A DNA stretch of 64,000 nt from a virus. This document shows, one piece after another, positions 9,983 through 18,027 of the stretch. Within the stretch, counting starts at the first letter, position 1. Each line of letters starts with the position of its first letter. Under the pieces are notes generated by a model. That model worked only from the letters and a program-made list of their open reading frames with translations, searched no databases and was not told the origin of the DNA. Location: IMG/VR virus record IMGVR_UViG_3300031231_000003, positions 60,422 to 124,421 of that record; one strand, given 5' to 3'. The position numbers and the translations under genes were made by a program.

Positions 9983-11230
9983 ATGAAACAAGAAGATATT
10001 GATACAATGTTGGCTGCGATCAAGATGCAACTCGATGGTGTGACGACGAGCGTTGTCGCGTTGCTCACGGCGGTAACTGCTGATGGCGGTACCGTGGGTC
10101 CCGCAGGTCCGATCGGCCCAGTTGGTCCTGCGGGAGCTCGAGGTGCTACAGGTACAAAGGGAACGACGGGTGCTCAGGGTCCACAAGGAATTCCCGGTCC
10201 AGTCGGTCCAAAGGGTGATCCAGGTGGAACCGTCGTGACGCCACCTGTGGTAACCCCTCCAGTTGTCACACCGCCCGTCGTGGTTCCTCCGGTCGTCATT
10301 CCACCGAATCCGGGTGGAGTGATGAAGGTCGTGGGAAACAAGCTGTTCGATGCGAATGGGAAGCAGTTCATCATGCGTGGAGCCGAAGGCTGGTTCGGTC
10401 CTGATGCTCAAGGAAACGTGAAGGGGCATGTCGGCACGATTGCTGCGCTAGGTTTCAACGCTTATCGTGCTCAAACGCTAACGAATAATCTTGTCAAGGT
10501 TGAGGAACTTTATAAGGAGATGACGGCGAACGGTATGGTGATCTATGCCAACGCGGACAATATGCCCGGCGGCGGTCCCTCTTGGTTCGGTAAGCCTGAA
10601 GTCATTGCACTGTTAAATAAATACGGGCGTAACATGATCATTGATGCGAGCATCGAGGACGAACCCGATGCCGACAGTGGTAAAGCAACGATCGACAAAT
10701 GGGTGGCTGATACAAAGGCTCTGATCCTTAAGTTCAGAAGTTACGGGTACACACAGCCCCTGCTAGTCGGAACGTTGAATTCAGGACGTTACCTTCGCGG
10801 TTTGCTTGATCACGGTCAAGAATTCGTTAACACAGATCCTTTGAAGAACTTGATATTGAATTGTCAATTTTATTGGGCAAATTACGGTGGTGGATTCTCG
10901 TGGCAAAGTTCCAATGGATATCCTTCGGGGGATGCTGGGGTGAAACAGGCGATGGCTGACGTTGCAGCCAAACCTTTTTACGTACAGTTTGGATACGACG
11001 CAGCGGATTCTGGGGGTTCATGGGCACCCGTTCCTTACGAACTCATGATGAGTGAAGCACAAAGATTGGGCTTCGGGTATCTCTGGTGGCAAATAAAAGA
11101 TCCATCACAGAATGATCCCAACAGTTTGTTGTCAGATCCTTTTAAGGCAACGTCATTAACCCCTTTAGGTCAAGTCGTTGTCAACACACATCCCGCTAGT
11201 ATCATGAAAACATCAAAGAAATTTACTTAA
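9983..11230 (+). CDS. Collagen-like stalk, Pro-rich linker and GH5-like glycoside hydrolase domain
   Basis: About 15 G-X-Y triplets; VVTPP-type repeats; 'KVVGNKLFDANGKQFIMRG', 'GFNAYR', 'GFGYLWW' typical of GH5. Confidence 0.75.
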   Translation: MKQEDIDTMLAAIKMQLDGVTTSVVALLTAVTADGGTVGPAGPIGPVGPAGARGATGTKGTTGAQGPQGIPGPVGPKGDPGGTVVTPPVVTPPVVTPPVVVPPVVIPPNPGGVMKVVGNKLFDANGKQFIMRGAEGWFGPDAQGNVKGHVGTIAALGFNAYRAQTLTNNLVKVEELYKEMTANGMVIYANADNMPGGGPSWFGKPEVIALLNKYGRNMIIDASIEDEPDADSGKATIDKWVADTKALILKFRSYGYTQPLLVGTLNSGRYLRGLLDHGQEFVNTDPLKNLILNCQFYWANYGGGFSWQSSNGYPSGDAGVKQAMADVAAKPFYVQFGYDAADSGGSWAPVPYELMMSEAQRLGFGYLWWQIKDPSQNDPNSLLSDPFKATSLTPLGQVVVNTHPASIMKTSKKFT

Positions 11231-11250
11231 AATTAGTAATCGTTTGAAAC

Positions 11251-11288
11251 AAGGGATCAGGACGAAAGTTCTGGTCCTTTGTGATTTT
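11251..11288. terminator. Hairpin terminator between convergent genes
   Basis: AGGGATCAGGAC-GAAA-GTTCTGGTCCTT stem with GNRA loop and T-rich tail. Confidence 0.7.
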
Positions 11289-11856
11289 CATTGAATGTAT
11301 CCACAATAAAGTAACCACGTGATTAATTCTTGATCGGTCGGTTTAGATTTCCCATTCATGAAACGTGTTTTAGCGTGTTGACAGATCGAGCCATTTCGTT
11401 GAAAATCTTTCTCAGTTTGAGGTTTCTTTCGACCCAAATTCAAGGCGCGATGATCAATTTTCGCTTGAGCGATTCGCATATTACGTCGAGTTTCTTCGCT
11501 CTTCTTTTGACCTCTCATTGTCATGCTGATCTTGGATTTCGCCTCATCAGTATGTCTTAGCGTTTTCTGATATCGCCACGCAGAAATTTGAGCAAATTCG
11601 TATTGTCGCGAAGTTACTTTGTGCTTTTTATCGTTACACATAAAGAACCATGCAATCGTCATCTTTCCACCATGAATGTTCTTCAACAACCAATGAACGA
11701 GGAAATGTTCCCTCGCGGTCAAGTAAACGAGGTTCTCTTTTTCATCAGTTCCCCTAACGATTTCGGTAGAATGTGATGAAGTTCCTTGTAACCTTCGAGC
11801 GTTGAACGTGACTTCGCTCGATCAATGATCTGATTCATGATACGACGATAGTTCAC
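11288..11856 (-). CDS. HNH/NUMOD3 homing endonuclease with a frameshift at 11751-11754
   Basis: From GTG 11856 'MNYRRIMNQIIDRAK..KELHHILPKSLG'; one extra G restores 'GTDEKENLVYLTAREHFLVHWLL'; NUMOD3 'HTDEAKSKIS'. Confidence 0.75.
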
Positions 11857-11899
11857 GATTAATTGTACATTCATGAGTTACGACGTATCATCATGAAAG

Positions 11900-12385
11900 A
11901 TGAAACTTACTTGGATTGATTCGAAATTGCTGGGATTCTTTACAAAAGAAAAACTTGCACTACGAAACAATACAATGGATTCGTTAAACGAAGAAATCAA
12001 GGAACTCTGGAAATACGAACTCCTTGATGGAAAACCATACTTGAATAATTCACGTACAAGATGCAAGAATACGTTTGAAGATTTTCAATATGATTGTCTT
12101 AATACCGTTGATAACCGGTCAAAGTCAATATATGAAGAATATCGTTCATATGGTTGCGGTTCATTTACTTCGGTGATTATGTTGTATTGGAATATTTGGG
12201 AACATTCAAGTGATATCAACGCGGGAGAACTTTTAAAGAAGTATTGGGGTCGCTCATTGTTGTATTGGATCGAATATGGGATAAAGAAAATCGCAATATG
12301 GATTTGGTCGCATCGTAATGAACCATTCATTCTAATGATTTTAGGTGCGTTTTTAACAGCTTACGCTTTAACGATCATTAAATGA
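11900..12385 (+). CDS. Hypothetical protein with C-terminal transmembrane helix
   Basis: 161 aa, AT-rich; 'FILMILGAFLTAYALTII'. Confidence 0.55.
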   Translation: MKLTWIDSKLLGFFTKEKLALRNNTMDSLNEEIKELWKYELLDGKPYLNNSRTRCKNTFEDFQYDCLNTVDNRSKSIYEEYRSYGCGSFTSVIMLYWNIWEHSSDINAGELLKKYWGRSLLYWIEYGIKKIAIWIWSHRNEPFILMILGAFLTAYALTIIK

Positions 12386-12636
12386 AACCAAAACTCACCT
12401 CAGAACTTCTCCCCGGTGATCTGTTATGTCCCCGCGGCCTGAACGATTTCAATGACTATGGTATCGTCATTGGCGTCGCAGAATCATTCACGAATTTTGC
12501 TGCGTATGGTTCCGGTCCGCTCATCGTTAATGCCATGTACCTCACGATCACATACGTTAATTCACGAACGTCACAGGTAAAGAAGTACGTCTCGTTGAAA
12601 ACGACGATGCATCAGGTTGTGTCATTCCAGCCATGA
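12382..12636 (+). CDS. Small xLxPGD-family protein
   Basis: 'SELLPGDLLC...YGIVIGV'; ATGA overlap. Confidence 0.65.
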   Translation: MKPKLTSELLPGDLLCPRGLNDFNDYGIVIGVAESFTNFAAYGSGPLIVNAMYLTITYVNSRTSQVKKYVSLKTTMHQVVSFQP

Positions 12637-12657
12637 TTGTGATATCATCGTTAAACT

Positions 12658-13449
12658 ATGAATAGATTCATTATCGTTTCAATGTTCACCCTTGCATGTT
12701 CTGGAGGTGGGATCGCTGACATTGCCACGAATCCATCTGGAAATTCGCCTCCCGTTCATCGACCTTCGTCGTCGACCCCTTGGAAGAATCCGTTGGTGAC
12801 GTCACTCGCTCCGGACGCAGGTCAACCAGCTCAGATCGGTCAAGATGGGGTTATTGATGATGATGCTGGTATTCCACCACAATACGACGGAGGTCAACCT
12901 GATGCCGACGTCGTGACTCTCGATGCTGACATTTCTTCAAATCAACCTGATACGGGCTCGAATTGCAGTTCACCGGCCGCTGTATCCTCAGATTCGGGTA
13001 ATTGGTTCACCACGAACATTGACAACGGTGAGTGGTTCCAACTTGTAACCGTCGCCGGATTTTCCAGTGATCTGTGTACTTACACGGGCAAGATCAAATG
13101 GTTCTATGATGTGGGTGGTTTTTGGGAGAGTGATCGAGCATACGATCAACCAACGACAACGTTCGTGTTTGAATTCAACGTTGACGGGACGATGAAGACG
13201 AGAATCGTTCATTCACCCAACTACCCGAACGGGATGTACACACAATCGAACGTTTCGTACCGGGGTTCGTGCATTACTGGATTGTCCGAGGGTGATCCTA
13301 TCGTTTTCAACAACGATTTTAGGTTTCATTCCTGCATCGAACGAATGTATTCCGGTCACGCAGAACATTGGTTCAGCGTGTTTCGTGGTCGCTGGAACGT
13401 TGATCACCCTGAGAACGTTCAGACGATCATCACTTACCCACAAGGATGA
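12658..13449 (+). CDS. Putative lipoprotein with DAG/PDAG low-complexity linker
   Basis: Signal peptide and lipobox-like 'FTLAC'; 'PDAG','DDAG','DGGQPDAD','PDTG'. Confidence 0.6.
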   Translation: MNRFIIVSMFTLACSGGGIADIATNPSGNSPPVHRPSSSTPWKNPLVTSLAPDAGQPAQIGQDGVIDDDAGIPPQYDGGQPDADVVTLDADISSNQPDTGSNCSSPAAVSSDSGNWFTTNIDNGEWFQLVTVAGFSSDLCTYTGKIKWFYDVGGFWESDRAYDQPTTTFVFEFNVDGTMKTRIVHSPNYPNGMYTQSNVSYRGSCITGLSEGDPIVFNNDFRFHSCIERMYSGHAEHWFSVFRGRWNVDHPENVQTIITYPQG

Positions 13450-13455
13450 TTCATC

Positions 13456-13680
13456 ATGTCCCGAAGCGTCAAGATGAAAGATCTTCGGCCAGGCATTGAT
13501 GTTTTGACATGGTCGTATCAAAGCACCGGTCTTGTGATTGGAAACATTCGTACCGTTCCAACGACACAAAGAAAGCTTCCGCAAAGGAAGGTAATTTACT
13601 TGGATTTGAACGGAATTCACGAATTCAGCGGGCAAGACGATTATACCGTCTCTGTGAATGATGATGATAATGAAACTTGA
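13456..13680 (+). CDS. Small xLxPG-family protein
   Basis: 'MKDLRPGIDVL...TGLVIGN'. Confidence 0.6.
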   Translation: MSRSVKMKDLRPGIDVLTWSYQSTGLVIGNIRTVPTTQRKLPQRKVIYLDLNGIHEFSGQDDYTVSVNDDDNET

Positions 13681-14071
13681 ACATTCGCCACGTTTTGTAA
13701 TTGCTCCCGATATCGTGGCGGGCAATGTGTTCATAGGGAGCGAGATTCCTACGAATCCTCCAATTCCCGATGGAATCATCATTAGCGCGATTAAGAACGA
13801 TCAGATTGAAGGTTTGACATTCGGGAAATTCACGATCAAAAAAGTCATTAACTTAAGACCTGGAATCGATGTTCTGGATGAACATGATCCCTTTAAAGGT
13901 CTCATTATTGCGAACGTTGAGTGTGATAAACAAGAACATGACAGAGCGCCGACGTTCGCGGGAGACTGGTACGGCTTCAGCGACAGAAAGATCTTGATCA
14001 TTAACAATTCGGGAGTTCGTTGGTTGTTCGCGTACAATGATTCACTTTTCAGGATCAGAACGTGGGGATAA
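13658..14071 (+). CDS. xLxPG-family protein with N-terminal extension
   Basis: C-half 'INLRPGIDVL...KGLIIAN' is a tandem paralog of 13456..13680. Confidence 0.55.
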   Translation: MMMIMKLEHSPRFVIAPDIVAGNVFIGSEIPTNPPIPDGIIISAIKNDQIEGLTFGKFTIKKVINLRPGIDVLDEHDPFKGLIIANVECDKQEHDRAPTFAGDWYGFSDRKILIINNSGVRWLFAYNDSLFRIRTWG

Positions 14072-14272
14072 AGACGGCAAAGGAGCAGAATCATGCATCC
14101 AAAAGAAATAAAGAAGCGTTTGTTCGAATTTTTCTTCATTAGCGAAAAAGTTCCACTGTTCGTAAAAATTGGTCGTTTCAGCATTCCCGCAGGTCTTTAT
14201 GAACAATTTCTGCCGGAACGATTCAAAAGATGGCTCGTTAAACGAAAAAGATAGTGTTTTCATCCACGAATC

Positions 14273-14473
14273 GTGATAAGATCAGATCAACAAGGATATA
14301 TCATGGCAATTCATACGACCATCCGGTACGAGTACGTGAACGATAAACACACCCCTCTCGATGTTCCTCGGCAGGTCACGACCTACGAAGGTCGGGTATT
14401 GAAGGTCTTCAACGAGCAGTTTCGGGCGATGTCGGACATCTACACGATGGCGAAGAACGTGAAGGCAGTATGA
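14273..14473 (+). CDS. Hypothetical protein (likely start ATG 14303)
   Basis: AAGGA RBS before 'MAIHTTIRYEY'. Confidence 0.5.
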   Translation: MIRSDQQGYIMAIHTTIRYEYVNDKHTPLDVPRQVTTYEGRVLKVFNEQFRAMSDIYTMAKNVKAV

Positions 14474-14724
14474 AGTACTCTGAATTGCTCCCTGGCGACG
14501 TCATCTTTTATCCGGGTTGGAAGGAAAGGTTCAACGTGACATCCTCACAGATCGGTCATGATGTGATTCTTTCGGTTTGTTTGGGGAAGAATTTCGAGAT
14601 CAAAATCTACGTAATGTACACGAACCCGCAGAAACAATCTTCCGTCAAAAAGTGGTTCACTAGATCTGACGAGATCATCGAAAGCGACCGCACAGTGCAC
14701 AGAAAAGGTGTACTGATCCACTGA
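14470..14724 (+). CDS. Small xLxPGD-family protein
   Basis: 'MKYSELLPGDVIF...DVILSV'; ATGA overlap. Confidence 0.65.
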   Translation: MKYSELLPGDVIFYPGWKERFNVTSSQIGHDVILSVCLGKNFEIKIYVMYTNPQKQSSVKKWFTRSDEIIESDRTVHRKGVLIH

Positions 14725-14726
14725 GC

Positions 14727-14951
14727 GTGATACAATTGAACGTGAAATCAATCTTTGACAATAGACACAAGAACACGTTCGTGGCAACATTGCTTGGAAT
14801 GTTGGTAGCGATTCCACTCATTTACACGCTCAATTACTTTCTAACGGGCCGCGGGTACGTATCGTGGGTTGCGATATTGCTCACTCTCGTTTCGTTGAAC
14901 GTGTATTACCATTACAAAGACAAAAAAGAAGACGAAAAAAAGTTGCAGTAA
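14727..14951 (+). CDS. Small two-TM membrane protein
   Basis: Two hydrophobic helices and a charged C-terminus. Confidence 0.55.
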   Translation: MIQLNVKSIFDNRHKNTFVATLLGMLVAIPLIYTLNYFLTGRGYVSWVAILLTLVSLNVYYHYKDKKEDEKKLQ

Positions 14952-14986
14952 CGTGTTTCCTTAGTTCATTCATGATATGATCAATC

Positions 14987-15190
14987 ATGTTCGGCAACCT
15001 GATCAACACGTTCCTCGAATTGCTGGGATACGACAATCGTAACGTTGCAGCACAACGTTCGGTTTACGCGGTCAAGCTTCCGAAGGCTTCGAAGGTTCCG
15101 AACGATCTTTACTTGATCGCGGCAACGCAATTCAACACGACCGACCAAGACAGCGAGCTTTTGTTGACTCTCGCAGGAGACTTTGAGTGA
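14987..15190 (+). CDS. Hypothetical protein
   Basis: 67 aa, TATGAT 5 nt upstream, overlaps next gene. Confidence 0.45.
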   Translation: MFGNLINTFLELLGYDNRNVAAQRSVYAVKLPKASKVPNDLYLIAATQFNTTDQDSELLLTLAGDFE

Positions 15191-16296
15191 TCCTATTTTC
15201 AATCGTCCTTTTGATCCCGCTCATCTGCGCGGCTGCTGCGTTTTGCTTTTCAAAGCAAATTTGTCCCAAGGAACTTGCTGTCATCGCGGGGACACAGATC
15301 GTCGTTGCGATAGTATCTGCGTTGGTTTGTTACAACATGTCAACTTGTGACAATGAAACCTGGAACTCAAGGATCGTATCAAAGCAAAAAGTATACACGT
15401 CATGTTCTCACTCGTATTCATGCCATTGTCGCGAAAGCTGTTCTGGTTCTGGTAAGAACAGATCATGTCATCAGGTATGCGACACTTGTTACGAGCATTC
15501 CAACGACTGGAACTGGAGGATTGATACTTCAACGGGCGAATCATTGAACATCGATCGTATCGATCGTCGTGGTTCTAACGAGCCTCCACGTTGGACTCGA
15601 GCATTCATCAATGAACCCGTATCAACCACGCATTCGTACACGAACTACATAAAAGCTTCTCCCGATTCATTGTTTCGCCACCAAGGTCTGGTTGAGAAGT
15701 ACAAAGGAACGATACCTGAGCATCCCGACAACGTGTACGACTATTATCGTCTCGATAGGTTCGTGACGGTCCACGTCAACGTGAAGGATTCCAGGTACTG
15801 GAACGACGACCTGATGCAACTTAACGCTGAACTCGGCTCAAAAAAGCAAGTCAACGTCATCGTTGTGCTCGTCAACGGGCTCTCACAAGAGTACTTTTAC
15901 GCCCTTGAACAAGCATGGATCGGTGGGAAGAAAAACGATGTTGTACTTGTCGTCGACGTTGATTCGAACAAGAAACCCGTCTGGGCATCGGTGATGGCAT
16001 GGGAATCGAACGATGTGTTCAAGATCAAGCTTCGTGATACGATCATGGAGCAAGAGACGATCGAACGCTGGACGGTGATTCCCGTGTTGAAGGATACGAT
16101 CACGAAGTACCACGTTCGAAAGCCAATGTCCGACTTCGAGTACCTGAAATCTGCGATCGTTCCATCGACATTGCAATACGTCGTCACTTTGGGAATCGCA
16201 TTCTTGCTGACGATCATTCTTGTGGTCGTCTTCTATGTTAACGAAACGTTCGATTCGTACGGTTCATCGTACGGTCGACGCAATCGGTTCTACTAA
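15187..16296 (+). CDS. Membrane protein with Cys-rich loop and TPM-like domain
   Basis: Two N-terminal and one C-terminal TM; '[10 protein letters not shown]....C..CDTC'; '[12 protein letters not shown]'. Confidence 0.65.
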   Translation: MILFSIVLLIPLICAAAAFCFSKQICPKELAVIAGTQIVVAIVSALVCYNMSTCDNETWNSRIVSKQKVYTSCSHSYSCHCRESCSGSGKNRSCHQVCDTCYEHSNDWNWRIDTSTGESLNIDRIDRRGSNEPPRWTRAFINEPVSTTHSYTNYIKASPDSLFRHQGLVEKYKGTIPEHPDNVYDYYRLDRFVTVHVNVKDSRYWNDDLMQLNAELGSKKQVNVIVVLVNGLSQEYFYALEQAWIGGKKNDVVLVVDVDSNKKPVWASVMAWESNDVFKIKLRDTIMEQETIERWTVIPVLKDTITKYHVRKPMSDFEYLKSAIVPSTLQYVVTLGIAFLLTIILVVVFYVNETFDSYGSSYGRRNRFY

Positions 16297-16315
16297 CAAA
16301 AAGAAAGAAAAAGAA

Positions 16316-16870
16316 ATGTCAACCTCGGTTAAAATTCTGCTCGTCGTACTCGTCTTCTTTGGGTTCACCGTGTTCTTGGGTGGTGGTTGCGTAATGTCTA
16401 TCAACAACGATCTGGTTCGTCAAGAAGCGGGTCTTGAAGCCCAATATAAACAGAATCAGAACAATTATGCTAATTATTTCAATAAGTTGAAAGAATCCGC
16501 CCAGGTACCAAAGATGTATGCCGCCGATCTACAGAAACTGTACACGGGAACGATGCAAGGTCGCTACGGCGCCGATGGTTCCAAGGCGATTTTTCAGTTC
16601 ATCAAGGAACACAATCCCTCGGTCGACATTTCGGTGTACAAGCAACTCCAGCAGATCATCGAGGCGGGTCGCAACAGTTTCGAAGCAGATCAAAAGACGT
16701 TGCTTGACAAGAAGCGGGTGTACGAGGTTTCGTTGAACACCTTCCCCGATAGCTTCGTTGCAAGCTTCCTTGGTTTCCCCAAGAAGGACATTTCCAAGTT
16801 CGACATCGTCATCAACGACGAAACTGAGAAGGCCTTCGACACGAAGAAAGCGGGTCCAATTGAGCTCTGA
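16316..16870 (+). CDS. LemA-like membrane-anchored protein
   Basis: N-terminal TM then 'NDLVRQE..LEAQY...[16 protein letters not shown]...[16 protein letters not shown]'. Confidence 0.7.
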   Translation: MSTSVKILLVVLVFFGFTVFLGGGCVMSINNDLVRQEAGLEAQYKQNQNNYANYFNKLKESAQVPKMYAADLQKLYTGTMQGRYGADGSKAIFQFIKEHNPSVDISVYKQLQQIIEAGRNSFEADQKTLLDKKRVYEVSLNTFPDSFVASFLGFPKKDISKFDIVINDETEKAFDTKKAGPIEL

Positions 16871-17297
16871 AGTCAGAAATTTTCCAAGTAGTTTTCCATC
16901 TTGGTCGGTTGTTGTCTTGAGTACGGCAACCTTGTTCACGGGAATCATAATCGGAACCGCGGTAAAATCCGATTCAAAGTCGATCGTGAATCACGCAGCG
17001 GCGATAACTCAAAACAAGAACGATATCGATAAACTACGTCGTGATTTTCAAAACGTAGGTCTCGACATTGAAAAGTGGGGTGAACAAGTTAGCGAACTTA
17101 AAAACAACGTCGATGAATTCAAGATCAACGTTGCTTCCCTTCGAGGAACGACGGAAAGAATTCAAAGTTCTCTTCAACCTCGAGATTGCAATCCAACAAC
17201 GAAGCGTGAAGTCACCTGGTACGCGGAATGCTTGAAGAATTCAAATGAATGCTGTGCCAAGTTCCTTCGTGCGGTGGAGATCGGTTACTTTAAATGA
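16758..17297 (+). CDS. TM plus coiled-coil protein (start uncertain, probably near 16870-16900)
   Basis: Hydrophobic '[18 protein letters not shown]' followed by heptads. Confidence 0.4.
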   Translation: MQASLVSPRRTFPSSTSSSTTKLRRPSTRRKRVQLSSEVRNFPSSFPSWSVVVLSTATLFTGIIIGTAVKSDSKSIVNHAAAITQNKNDIDKLRRDFQNVGLDIEKWGEQVSELKNNVDEFKINVASLRGTTERIQSSLQPRDCNPTTKREVTWYAECLKNSNECCAKFLRAVEIGYFK

Positions 17298-17656
17298 TCA
17301 AAATTCTAGCGAAGATTTCAACCTCATTGTACAGAACGTCTCTGTTCATGCGTTCCGTGAGGTTCTTCTTCCAGCGAAGGTTTCGAGGTTGGGATGACAG
17401 CGATACTTGGGCGCTCGATACGACGATATCGAAGCTCATCCTGCCTCGATTGAAACGCTTCAAGCTTTTGAAGGTCGGTTGTCCAAGTCATGTTGAGTCG
17501 ATGGAAGAGTGGAATGCAATGCTCATGAAAATGATCCATGCGTTCGAGTTCCTGGCATCCGATGAAAAGTACGGGAACTTCGATCAGGTGAAGAACAACG
17601 AGGTCAACGAGGGTCTCGACATGTTTTGTCAGAACTTTCGTTCGCTCTGGTGGTGA
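17294..17656 (+). CDS. Conserved phage hypothetical protein
   Basis: 'DTWALD..ISKLILPRLKRFK...G.P...EEW...L.KMI.AFE...LWW' pattern recalled from phage ORFs. Confidence 0.6.
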   Translation: MIKILAKISTSLYRTSLFMRSVRFFFQRRFRGWDDSDTWALDTTISKLILPRLKRFKLLKVGCPSHVESMEEWNAMLMKMIHAFEFLASDEKYGNFDQVKNNEVNEGLDMFCQNFRSLWW

Positions 17657-17660
17657 AATA

Positions 17661-17921
17661 ATGAAACTGTGTGACGTTCGACCGGGAGATTACTTGAAAT
17701 GGACGAACGGCCTGTGCTTTTGCATCTCTGTCATTCGTAACGACAAGTACGACCGTAGGAATTCGAGAAGAGAACCGACATGGACGCTCAATTTCGTTTT
17801 CAACGATTTTCCCGGAAAGATGCGATTTTCGGCAATCACCAACGCAACGAGCGAGGTCATGAATGCTAGCAGGGATAATACCCAGAGGTTGAATTCACCG
17901 TTCGACGACGGCTCGAGATGA
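17661..17921 (+). CDS. Small xLxPGD-family protein
   Basis: 'MKLCDVRPGDYL...CFCISV'. Confidence 0.6.
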   Translation: MKLCDVRPGDYLKWTNGLCFCISVIRNDKYDRRNSRREPTWTLNFVFNDFPGKMRFSAITNATSEVMNASRDNTQRLNSPFDDGSR

Positions 17922-17977
17922 ATTTTTAGTGATTCGATTATGGAATCCTTGTTCAACGAAAGAAATTCATCTCGAGC
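17911..17977. repeat. Perfect 15-bp inverted repeat
   Basis: GCTCGAGATGAATTT (17911-17925) and AAATTCATCTCGAGC (17963-17977). Confidence 0.8.
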
Positions 17978-18027
17978 AAATTCTTGATATTGAACTCATT
18001 CTCGGATACGTCGCTAATTAATCCCAG

